Of a stretch of DNA of 56,949 nucleotides, positions 45,701-56,949 are shown piece by piece; positions within the stretch are counted from its first letter, which is position 1; every line of letters starts with the position of its first letter. The notes below the pieces were generated by a model, which worked only from the letters and a program-made list of their open reading frames with translations, made no database searches and had not been told where the DNA came from. The DNA is taken from contig CALSCP010000121.1 in the NCBI GenBank assembly GCA_943704425.1, positions 1 to 56,949 of the forward strand, given 5' to 3'. Source of the DNA: Ministeria vibrans ATCC 50519. Taxonomy: Eukaryota > Protista > Filasterea. The translations under genes were made by a program, and so were the position numbers.

Positions 45701-48700
45701 CACCAGCGCCAACCTGGGCTGCTTTGCTTCTCCCTGTGCCAACGGTGCCACCTGTGTGGACAAGTCAAACCAGTGGGGTTTGTTCACCTGCACGTGTGCC
45801 CCAGGATTCTCCGGCGAACTCTGCGATGCGCAGGTGAATGAATGTGCGTCGTCTCCCTGTCGAAATGGTGGCATTTGCACCGACCAGTCGGGCGTGTTCT
45901 CGTGCGCATGCATTGGCGGTTTCAGTGGCAGCACTTGCTCATTTGCACCCAGCAGTTGCGTGTCGAGCCCGTGTCAGAGCGGTGCGTGTGTGGGCGACGA
46001 GACGGGCTACACGTGTGCTTGCCATGCGGGTTTTACGGGTACACACTGCGACGTGAACATCGACGAGTGTCTCTCGTCACCCTGCTCCAATGGTGGCACT
46101 TGCACCGACGGCACTAACTCGTTTGCATGCACGTGTGCCACCGGCTACTTTGGCGATCAGTGTGCGTCGGATGTGGACGAGTGTGCTTCGTCGCCTTGCC
46201 AGGCGCAGGGCACCGACAGCTGCATCAACGGTCCCAATTCGTGGTCGTGTGTCTGCTTGCCTGGCTTCACGGGCTCCCTCTGCGACGTCAACGTCGACGA
46301 GTGTGTTTCGAATCCGTGTCACAACAATGCAGGCTGCACGGATTCCGTAGATGGCTTTACCTGCACATGTGTGCCGGGTTTCACCGGAATCGTGTGTGAT
46401 GTGAATATCGACGAGTGTGTCTCGTTGCCGTGCGCCTTTGGCGGTACATGCATCGACGAAGTGAATGGCTTCTCGTGCACCTGTGTCCAAGGCAAGTTTG
46501 GTGCGCAGTGTCTTGTGGACACCAACGAATGTGCTTCGACCCCGTGCACCAATGGCGCCACGTGTGTCGACGAGTCCAACGGCTGGTCGTGCCTCTGTGT
46601 CGCTGGATTTGGCGGCGATATTTGCGACACACTGATCAACGAGTGCGCGTCGGACCCATGCGACAACGGCGGTACTTGTTTCGACGGTCTTGGTTTCTTC
46701 TCGTGCGTGTGCTCCGCTGGATACACGGGTGCGACGTGCGCAGAGGACATCAACGAGTGCAGCTCATTCCCCTGTCGCAACAGCGGCCTGTGTTCGCAGC
46801 CTCAGCTGAACATGTTCAAGTGTACTTGCCAGAGCGGCTTTACCGGCACCCTCTGTGAGTCGGCCGTTGACGAGTGTGCCTCGAGTCCCTGTCTCCACGC
46901 CGGCACATGTGTCGATCAGGCCGACGGCTTTGTGTGTATGTGTGCCGCCGGCTACCAGGGTCTCGAGTGCGCCGATGACGTGCTCGAGTGTGCGTCGGGG
47001 CCCTGTCGCAATGGAGCCTCCTGCATCGAGGGCACCAATGGCTTTTCGTGTGCGTGTCTGTTGGGCTACACCGGTGCTGCGTGCGAAACGGATATTAACG
47101 AGTGCGCGAGCTCGCCGTGCGTCAACAATGGTGTCTGTTCGAACCTTGTGGGCTCTTTCCAGTGCGCGTGTCCCACTGGGTTTTCGGGCGCCACGTGTGA
47201 CGGCGACATTGACGAGTGTGCTTCGAGTCCCTGTACGAATGGTGCCACATGCAGCACGTCGGGTGCTGTCGGCACGTTCACGTGTCTGTGTCCCACCGGT
47301 TTCAGCGACCGTCTCTGCTCCACCGACGACGACGATTGTGCTTTTGCGCCGTGCCGCAACGGTGGAACTTGCACCGACTTGCCCAATGCCTTCTCCTGCA
47401 CATGCGTCGCGGGCTTCCAGGACGCTACCTGCACCACGAACATTGATGATTGCGCATCGAGTCCCTGTCAGAATGGTCAATGTATCGACGGCATTGAGAG
47501 CCACGAGTGCAACTGCCCACCGGGCTTCCTGGGTGACGCGTGCGAGACCAATATTGACGAGTGCTTGAGTTCGCCCTGCTCCAATGGTGCCACCTGTGTA
47601 GACGGCAGCAACTCCTTTACCTGCATCTGCGCAACGGGGTTCTTTGGGGCGGACTGTGGGCTCGATACAAACGAGTGCATTTCCAATCCGTGTCTCAACT
47701 TGGGCGTATGTGTCGATGCTGTAGGCGGATTTCAGTGTAATTGTCCCACCGGCTACACAGGTGCGCAGTGCGAGTCAGACATTGAGGAGTGTGCGTCGTC
47801 GCCGTGTGTGCACGGTGCGCCCTGCAGCACACCACAGCTGGGCATGTTTCATTGTGCTTGTCTTGCGGGCTACACCGGCGTCCAGTGCGAAACGAACATT
47901 GACGACTGCGGTCTGCAGCCCTGTCTCAACGGCGCCTCCTGTCAGGATCTGGTAAATGGCTTTCGATGCACGTGCGCCGCGGGTTTCACTGGAAATACCT
48001 GTTCGAACAACATGAACGAGTGTGGCTCGAACCCGTGTCGCAACGGTGGTAACTGTGTCGACGGCGTCGACCTGTACTCATGCGTGTGCCTCGGTGGTTT
48101 TACGGGCACCAACTGCGAGACGAACCTCCCCGACTGCACATCTACCTCGTGTAGCAATGGTGCCACATGTGTGGACGGTGTGGAATCGTTTGTGTGCGAG
48201 TGTGTGCCTGGCTGGACTGGGGCGACATGTGCGGACGACATTAACGACTGTTCTCCGTCACCCTGTGCTCTCCACGGCCTCTGCATTGACCAGCTAAATG
48301 GCTTCACATGCCAGTGCACTACGGGCTACACCGGCACGCTGTGTGAGACCAACTTTGACGATTGCTTCCCGAATCCCTGCAAGAACGCGGGTATTTGCAT
48401 CGATGGTCTCGACTCGAGTTCGTGCACCTGTGTGAATGGGTTCACTGGCACTCTGTGCGAGACTGACATTGATGAATGTGCGGCAACTCCCTGCGGTACC
48501 GGCAACACCTGTGTAGATGGTGTGGGCAGCTTCACGTGTCGCTGTCAGGCGGGCTTTACCGGAACCCAATGTGACCAGAACATCAACGAGTGTGAATCGT
48601 CGCCCTGCGTCAACGGTGGCACCTGTTCGGACCGCGACAATCGCTTCTCGTGTCAGTGCGTAGATGGCTTCATCGGTGTGCGCTGTGAGACGGAAGTGAA

Positions 48701-51700
48701 CGAGTGTGATAGTTCGCCGTGCGTCAACGACGCTCCCTGTACCAATGCTATTGGAAAATTCACTTGCGCATGTCTCCCTGGATATGCGGGCGACACCTGT
48801 TCAGAGAACATCAACGAGTGCATTGGCGTGGATTGCCGAAACTTTGGTTCGTGTATTGACCTGGTAAATGGGTTTGTGTGCAGCTGTGCTCCAGGCTTTA
48901 CTGGAGTTGTGTGTGAAAGTAACATAGATGAGGTAACAGATAAGAATAAACAATAAATAAACAATAAAATAATAATAATAATTATTTTCACCTGAACACA
49001 ACCACTAATGTTTTTGTGCGTCTGTTTTTTTTTTTTCTTTTTTTTTTTAGTGTGCTAGCTCGCCGTGTATCAATGGAGAGTGTCTGCAGAGCGACGGATT
49101 TTTTGTGTGCAACTGCACGACTGGTTGGTTTGGTGCTCAATGCGACGTGGAGACCAACGAATGTGCATCGAGTCCGTGTCGAAATGGTGCCACATGTTTG
49201 GACACGTTGGGTCAATTTGAATGCATTTGTCCCGACGGCTTTGAGAACATTGTGTGTGGCAACCGTACGGATGTGTGCCAGTCGAGTCCGTGCATGAATG
49301 GCGCGTCGTGTCTTGACTCATTTGGCTTCGCGGAGTGTACCTGTGCCGAAGGCTATGTGGGGTCAATTTGCGAGTCGTCGGTCGATGACTGTGCCACTCA
49401 GCCTTGCGATCATGGTGTTTGCATTGACGGTCAGCTGTCGTTTACGTGTCAGTGTCTTCCTGGCTACACCGGTTTCCTGTGTAACGTGGACATTCAAGAG
49501 TGTGCTTCGTCGCCCTGCTCGAACGGCGGCACTTGTCTCGAGGGTGTTGCAAGCTTCCTGTGTGAGTGTCCACCGGGATTTTTGGGCTCGACATGCGAGT
49601 CGAACACGGACGAGTGTGCCTCATCGCCCTGCTCAAATGGCGGTACGTGCACCGACTCGACAGCCGGCTACGTTTGCACGTGTTCTGCGGGATTTTCGGG
49701 CTTTGAATGCGACCAGAACATCAACGAGTGTCAGTCGGATCCGTGCCGCAATGGTGGCACATGTGTCGACAAGATCGCTTCGTGGGAGTGCGTGTGCCAT
49801 ACGGGCTTTGCAGGCATTATCTGTGCGTCAAACGTGGACGAGTGCGCTTCCATGCCCTGTTCCAATGGAGGCACCTGTGTCGACGGAATCAATGGCTTTA
49901 GTTGCACCTGTGCCAGGGGCTTTTTGGGTGTGCAGTGCCAAGAAAATATCAACGAGTGCCTGTCGAATCCGTGTTTCAACGGTGGCACTTGCTTGGACGG
50001 CGTCGACCACTACGTGTGCGCGTGTCCATCGGGCTTTTCGGGAGCCCGTTGCAACGGCGAACTCAACGAGTGCGACTCATCGCCGTGTGCCAACGGAGGC
50101 GCCTGTACCGACGTCATTGATGCATTCTCGTGTGCGTGTCCCAGTGGCTTCACGGGTGCCTCTTGCCAGACCAATGTCGACGAGTGCGCCTCGCGACCCT
50201 GTCTCAACAATGCACTTTGCATTGACGAGGTTAATGGTTTTACTTGTCGCTGCAACTCAGGATTTGTTGGTATTGAGTGTGAGACGGACGTCGATGAGGT
50301 AACAAACAAAAGAAGGCAAAAAAGAAAAGAAAAAAAATCAATAATTTTCATCATATTTTATAGTGCCAATCTTCGCCGTGCGCGAATGGAGGAACTTGCA
50401 AGGATAAGGTGGATGGATTTGAGTGTACGTGCTCCTCGGGTTGGTTTGGTAATGTGTGTGACGAGAATAGCAACGAGTGCTCGTCGTCGCCCTGTCGCAA
50501 TGGCGGCACGTGTGTTGACGAAGTGGATGCCTTTACGTGTGTTTGCAGTCTTGGCTACACCGGAGTGGTGTGCTCTGCCGATATTGATGAGTGTCTTTCG
50601 TCGCCGTGTGAGAACAACGGTGTGTGCTTGAATCAGCTTGCAGGTGTGTTTGCGTGTGAGTGTGCCGCCGGCTTCACTGGACCAACGTGTGCTGTCAACA
50701 TTAACGAGTGCCAGTCGCCCAATGCACAGTGCCAAAATGGCGGTGTGTGTCAGGATGGTATCAACTCGTTTGAGTGCACGTGCGTGAGCGGATTCACCGG
50801 TGTGCTGTGCGAGGCGAACATCAACGATTGTGCCTCGTCGCCATGCTCGGTCAACGGTGTGTGTGTGGACGGTGTTAACAGCTACTCGTGTGCATGCTCA
50901 TCGGGTTTCGAAGGTAGCTTCTGTCAGACGGACATTGACGAGTGTGCCTCGTCGCCGTGCATTGCGGGCGGTACTTGTACCGACAATCCCAATGGGTTTA
51001 CGTGCACATGCACGTCAGGTCGATTTGGTGCCACATGCGATACGTTCACCAATGAGTGCGCCTCGTCGCCGTGTGCCGCGACCGGCGCCTGTTTTGACTC
51101 GGCCGTTGTCGGCTGGACATGTACTTGCGTGTCAGGCTACAAGGGCACGCGTTGCGACGAGGATGTGGATGAGTGCGCGTCGTCGCCTTGCCAGAGTGGT
51201 GGCACGTGTGCAAACCAGGTGGGCAAGTTTGAGTGTACGTGCGCCCCGGGTTTCACTGGCGCCCGTTGCGAACTCGACGTGCTCGAGTGTCAGTCGTCGC
51301 CCTGTCTCCATGGCCAGTGTGTTGAGGGAGTCAACTCGTTTACGTGCATCTGCTCAGGGGGTTTCACAGGCACCACTTGCGACGTAAACGTGGACGAGTG
51401 CACGTCGATGCCCTGTCGCAATGGTGCCACCTGTGTCGATGGTGTGGCCACTTTTTCGTGCGTGTGCGTAGCGGGGTTCACGGGTACCTTGTGCGCGGCC
51501 AACATCAACGAGTGTCTGCCAGTAGAATGCCTGAATGGAGGTGTGTGTATTGACCTTGTGAACGCCTTTGAGTGTCAGTGTGTTGGAGGTTACACGGGCA
51601 CGCTGTGCGAGACCGATATCAATGAGTGTTTGTCGTCGCCGTGTCTGAATTCAGGTGTGTGCGCTCAACTTGTAAACGGCTTCCGTTGCGACTGCACCGC

Positions 51701-54700
51701 CGGCTACACGGGTGCAACGTGCTCCATCGACATTGACGAGTGTACCTCATCGCCATGCGAGCAAGCGGGCACATGCTCGACGGCACAGAGCGCTGTGGGC
51801 GCCTTTGACTGCGACTGTCCTCAAGGCTACACGGGCCCAAGATGCGAGGTGGATATTGACGAGTGCGAAAGCAGCCCATGCTCGAACGGTGGTACGTGCG
51901 ACAACAAGCCAGGTCGACACGAGTGTCTCTGTGTGCAGGCATTTACTGGCGACAATTGCGAAGTGAACCGCGACGAATGCTTTATCGAGCCCTGCCTCAA
52001 CGGCGCTACTTGCATCGACGGCCTTGCGTCGGTGGTGTGCGTGTGCGCCACAGGCTTTCAGGGTACCACCTGTGCAGAAGACATTAACGAATGTGGTTCG
52101 GGACCGTGCAGCAATGGTGCAACGTGTCTCGATCAGCCTGGGCAATTCCAATGCGTCTGCGCCAGTGGCTGGTTCGGATTGCGTTGTCAAACGAACACAG
52201 ACGAGTGCGCATCGTCGCCTTGTCACAACGGTGGCACCTGCCAGGACGATGTCGACGGCTACATTTGCGTCTGTCCCGAAGGCTACACTGGCACTATTTG
52301 CACGGGCGAAGTGAACGAGTGCTCGTCGACACCGTGTCGCAATGGCGGTACTTGCGTTGAGCAATTCAATGGCTACGCATGTACTTGTGCGCCTGGCTAT
52401 ACGGGTACGCTCTGTGCGGAGAACATCAATGAGTGTACTTCGTTGCCTTGCCACAATGGCGGCGTGTGTGCCGACGGCGTGAACAGCTACACATGTACGT
52501 GTGCATTGGGCTATTCGGGCGATGCGTGCCAGGTGGACAATAACGAGTGTATTTCGCGACCCTGCCAAAATGGTGCAACTTGTGTGGACGCAGTGAACCA
52601 CTTTACGTGTGTTTGTTCCAGCGGCTACTCTGGTCAGCTGTGTGAGAATGATATTGACGAGTGTGCGTCGTCGCCGTGCCAGAACGCCGGGCTCTGTACG
52701 GACGCCATTGACGGCTTCTCGTGTCTGTGCAAGGCGGGCTTTGTCGGCGTCGACTGTGCTCAGAATGTCAACGAGTGCGCTTCGTCGCCCTGCGGCAACG
52801 GCGGCACCTGCATCGATGGGGTGAACAGCTACCGATGCTTTTGTCGTGCGGGCTTTACCGGTCCCGTTTGCTTTGTGGACATTGACGACTGTCTTTCGAC
52901 GCCCTGCCTGAATGGCGGTACGTGCCGCAATCTTGCGGGTGCCTTTTCGTGTGATTGTCCCATGGGCACTCTGGGTGACACGTGCGAAACGGAAGTGAAC
53001 GAGTGTGACAGCTCGCCGTGCAGCAACGGCGGTGGTTGCACCGATCAACCGGGCTCCTTTGTGTGCAACTGTACGGAAAGCTATACGGGTGACACATGCG
53101 AGAGTGCCATTGATTTCTGCGCTGGTGAACCCTGTAAAAACGGAGGCTTCTGCTTCCAGAACATTGGCAATTTCCAATGTGGCTGTCTGTCGGGCTTTAC
53201 CGGAGAGGTGTGTCAGACCAACGTGGACGAGTGTGCGTCGTCGCCGTGTTCCGCCACGGGCACTTGTGTGGACGGTGCCGGCTCGTACCACTGTGCGTGC
53301 GTTCCCGGCTACACTGGCGATGCGTGTGACGAAGATATTGACGAGTGTGCTTCGTCGCCGTGCGAGGAAGGCGGTACTTGCTCTATGCCCTTGCTTAACG
53401 GCTTCGTTTGCGAGTGTCCATCCAACTTCTTTGGCCTCACATGTAATGCCGAGACCAATGCGTGCGCATCGAATCCCTGCTCGACGGGCAGCACGTGTAG
53501 CGATTTGGGCGAAAACGCGTGGGCGTGTGTGTGTCCAGCGGGCTTTACAGGTCCTCTCTGTGACCAGGTCTTTGACTTTTGCGAAAGTTCCCCGTGCCTG
53601 AATGGTGCTGGGTGTACCAGTGACAATGTGAATTTCCTGCCGGTATGCACATGTCTTGCAGGCTACACTGGCGAGCATTGTGAGACGGACATCGATGAGT
53701 GCGGCTCGAACCCGTGCTCTAATGGCGCGACGTGCTTGCCACGCCAGCGCAAACGACACAAGCTTGCCTGGTGTCTTCCCGTATGTCAGACGTTCCCGCT
53801 CATTACGCAAGGTGTCGAGGTGGGCGACGAAGTCGAGTGGACCGTCTCGGGCGGTCCCCATACTTTGACATCGACCAACATCTCGTCGTTTTTTATTGAG
53901 TCGGGTAGTCTTGATCAGGATAGCCAGTTTCAGTTTCGACCGTTGTACACCGGGACGCTTGAGTACCAGTGTGATTTTCATCCGACAACCATGGTCGGTT
54001 CGATTACGGTAATGCCTGCGTCGGGACCCGTTGATCGGTTCACGTGTACGTGTCCATCCGGCTTCACCGGAGTTCACTGTGAGACGGAGATTATTGCGTG
54101 TAGCGCGGCGCCGTGCGCCAACGGAGGAACCTGTGTCGAGGGTGTTGGTTCTTTTACGTGTCTGTGTGCAACTGGCTTTGCGGGCACAAATTGCTTGGTG
54201 GATATTGACGAGTGTGCGTCGTCGCCGTGTCTCAATGGTGGTACTTGTGTTGACCAGGTAGGCGCCTACTCGTGCGTGTGTCCGACTGCGTACACAGGCA
54301 GTGTGTGCACCGGGGACATTGACGAGTGTGCTTCGTCGCCGTGTCTGTCGCCATCCATCTGCTCGCAAGGGGCCCCCGGCACCTTTGTGTGTACCTGTGT
54401 GCCCGGCATGACGGGTCAGTTGTGCGACGAGCCCATCAATGAGTGCACGAGTGAACCCTGCGCCAACGGCGGTACGTGCACTGACAAGACCAACTCCTTT
54501 TCGTGTGCATGCGCCGCTGGCTTTGAGGGCAGTCAGTGCCAGGCAAATGTCGATGAGTGTTTCAGTCAGCCGTGTTTGAATGGCGCTTCATGCAACGACG
54601 GTCAAAATTCGTTTACTTGCACGTGTGCGTCGGGCTTTGGAGGCTCCCTTTGCGCGAGCAATGCCGACGACTGTGCTAGCTCACCGTGTGCCAATGGTGG

Positions 54701-56949
54701 TGTGTGTCACGACGGCGTCGACTCGTACACGTGCGTGTGTCCCGTGGGCTTTTTCGGGGCGGACTGCACGACGAATACGGATGAGTGCCAGTCATCGCCG
54801 TGTGCCTTTGGTGCGACCTGTGTCGACGGAGCTGGTGGCTACACATGCACTTGTGCGCTTGGTTTTACTGGCACCACTTGTGACGTTCCCATCAACGAGT
54901 GCGCGAGCTTGCCTTGTCAGAACGGCGCCACGTGCCTGAACCAGCTGGACAAATTTACGTGTGTCTGCGCCGCCGGATTCAACGGTCTTTTGTGCGAGGT
55001 AGACGAGGATGAGTGTGCGTCTGCACCGTGCCAGAACAGCGGGACGTGTGTGGACGCTGTCAACGGATTCGCGTGTGTGTGCAACAGTGGTTTCACCGGT
55101 GAGCTGTGTGCCGAGAATATCGACGAGTGCCGCTCGTTGCCGTGCCGCAACGGCGGTACTTGCACGGACGACGTAAATGGATACGTGTGTGTGTGTGCGT
55201 CGGGGTTCACAGGTGTCTTGTGTGCTGTTGAAATCGATGAGTGTGCCTCCTCGCCTTGTGAGTCGGGCGGTACGTGTACGGATTCCGTCGATAACTACTC
55301 GTGTTTGTGTGCAATTGGCTTCCTCGGCGACTCGTGTGAAATTAATCGCGATGAGTGTGCGTCGCAGCCGTGCCGCAACGGCGCGACGTGCAATGATCAA
55401 GTGAATGGCTTTACCTGTACGTGTGCAGACGGGTTTGGGGGTTCGCGTTGCGGCACGAATGTTGTTGAGTGTGAGTCGTCGCCGTGTGTCAATGGTGTCT
55501 GCACCGATGGTGTGGGTCAATTCAAGTGTGTATGCGAGGCGGGCTTTACCGGCAGCTTGTGTGACGCGGAGCTGAATGAGTGCTTGTCGGCGCCCTGTCA
55601 CAACGGAGGAACGTGTATCGATGGTGTCGATCAATTTACGTGCACGTGTGTCGCCGGATTTGAAGGCGATCTGTGTGCGGACAGTGTCGATGAGTGTGCG
55701 AGTCAGCCTTGTCAGAATGGCGGTACTTGCACCGACGGCCAGCTGGCCTACTCGTGTGCCTGTGTTGCTGGCTTCGTGGGTGTGGAGTGTGCGGCGAACA
55801 CTGATGAGTGTGCGAGTTCGCCGTGCCAGAATGGCGGAACGTGCACTGATGATGTGAACGGCTTTACGTGCGCCTGTGTCTCAGGTTTTGAGGGCACCTT
55901 GTGCGCAACAAACACAGACGATTGCTCGAGTTCGCCCTGTCAGAATGGCGCTACATGTGTCGATGGCATCAACGGGTTTACATGCACGTGCAACAGTGGG
56001 TTCTTTGGTGGACGATGCGCGTCGAACACGAACGAGTGTGCGTCGACCCCGTGCCAGAATAGTGGCACCTGTGTAGACGCCATTGATGGCTTCTCGTGCA
56101 CTTGCGCCTCGGGCTTCACCGGCACGCTGTGTACGGCGGACGTGGATGAGTGTGAGAGCACCCCATGCCAGAACGGTGGCACTTGCACCAACAGTGCCGA
56201 TGCATACTCGTGTGAGTGTGCATCAGGATTTGTAGGCGACAGCTGTGCGGATAACGTTGATGATTGTCCTTCGTCTCCGTGCCAGAATGGTGCCACGTGT
56301 GTTGACGGTGTAAACAGCTACACGTGCACGTGTGCCAATGGATTTGGTGGTACACACTGCGAGACGCTGGTGCTGGTGTGCCAGTCGTCGCCGTGCATCA
56401 ACGGTGCGTGTACGTCGGCTGCAGGTGGTGGCTATGAGTGTGTGTGCACGACCGGGTACGCGGGTGCGGCATGCGAGAGCGAGATTGACGAGTGTGCGAG
56501 TTCGCCTTGCGCCAATGCCGGTACATGTACGGACGCTGTGGGTGCATACTCGTGCGCGTGTGTGGCTGGCTTCACAGGCAGTGCGTGTGGCGTGAACATT
56601 GACGAGTGTGCGAGCACACCGTGCCAGAACGGCGCGACGTGTGTGGATGGCGTTGATCAATTTACGTGTACGTGTGCTGCTGGCTTCACTAACAGCCTGT
56701 GTGACACGAACATTGATGAGTGTGCGAGCACACCATGCCAGAACGGCGCAACGTGTGTGGATGGCGTTGATCAATTTACGTGCACGTGTGCTGCCGGATT
56801 TACAAACACTCTGTGTGAGACGAACATTGGTGAGTGTGCAAGCACACCGTGCCAGAACGGCGCAACGTGTGTGGATGGCGTTGATCAATTCACGTGTACG
56901 TGTGCTGCTGGCTTCACCAACACTCTGTGTGACACGAACATTGATGAGT
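38686..56949 (+). CDS. Giant secreted/surface protein: signal peptide, ~700-aa unknown N-terminal region, ~10 SRCR domains, ~90+ mostly Ca-binding EGF repeats and one inserted cupredoxin; 3' end beyond the window. Approximate exons 38686-39691, 39799-40038, 40115-41857, 41950-42428, 42550-42708, 42771-48932, 49051-50298, 50364->56949
   Basis: SRCR motif LRLxxG...GRLEV...WGTVCDD...ACxQLG; EGF motif DIDECxSxPCxNGxTC. The last exon is open from 50364 to the window end and is missing from the ORF track because it has no stop. Introns are short, AT-rich and GT-AG. Confidence 0.9.
39700..39760. repeat. Intronic (TAT)n microsatellite
   Basis: Pure ATT repeat in the first coding intron of the giant gene. 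Confidence 0.9.
53737..54035 (+). other. Plastocyanin-like cupredoxin domain (type-1 Cu ligands His/Cys/His/Met) inside an EGF module
   Basis: In-frame translation VEVGDEVEWTVSGGPHTLTS...SGSLDQDSQFQFRPLYTGTLEYQCDFHPTTMVGSITV. Confidence 0.82.
56595..56949 (+). repeat. Three near-identical 114-bp EGF-coding units
   Basis: gagtgtgcRagcacaccRtgccagaacggcgcRacgtgtgtggatggcgttgatcaatt recurs at 114-bp spacing. Confidence 0.88.

Noticed and set aside
18244-54035. A window-wide copper/redox theme (DOMON, BURP-like, cupredoxin)
   Set aside because: The genes are far apart and interleaved with unrelated housekeeping genes, so this is probably coincidental.
51747-54368. 873-aa minus-strand ORF
   Set aside because: Antisense shadow of the EGF exon; the true plus-strand frame is absent from the track only because it runs off the window.

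Overview
Gene-dense eukaryotic DNA from a probably flagellated heterotrophic protist. Introns are GT-AG, mostly 45-120 bp, and often microsatellite-rich. There is one 26-N assembly gap. I model 17 protein-coding genes: a 5'-truncated intronless armadillo-repeat array, a secreted double C39-like peptidase, a Spg1/Tem1 GTPase, a condensation/AATase-fold protein, a MOV10/SDE3 helicase, PUS3, CCDC138, TIPIN/Swi3, a secreted DOMON protein, a hybrid histidine kinase, a membrane-anchored PEP-utilising (RPH/PigC-architecture) enzyme, a secreted protein with four Cys-His dyads, a DUF218/YdcF protein, MPP6, WASHC3, fimbrin, and a 3'-truncated giant SRCR + EGF surface protein. Most notable: (1) the four-CH protein (29207-30486) looks like a BURP domain, the copper-dependent peptide cyclase family described from land plants, here in a non-plant genome; (2) about 30 near-identical ARM repeats vary mainly at the peptide-binding groove positions; (3) a cupredoxin with an intact type-1 copper ligand set is inserted in frame inside one EGF module of the giant protein; (4) six consecutive head-to-head gene pairs. 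All family calls come from recognising motifs by eye, with no database searches, and splice sites are manual predictions. I saw no rRNA, tRNA, CRISPR array or transposase.
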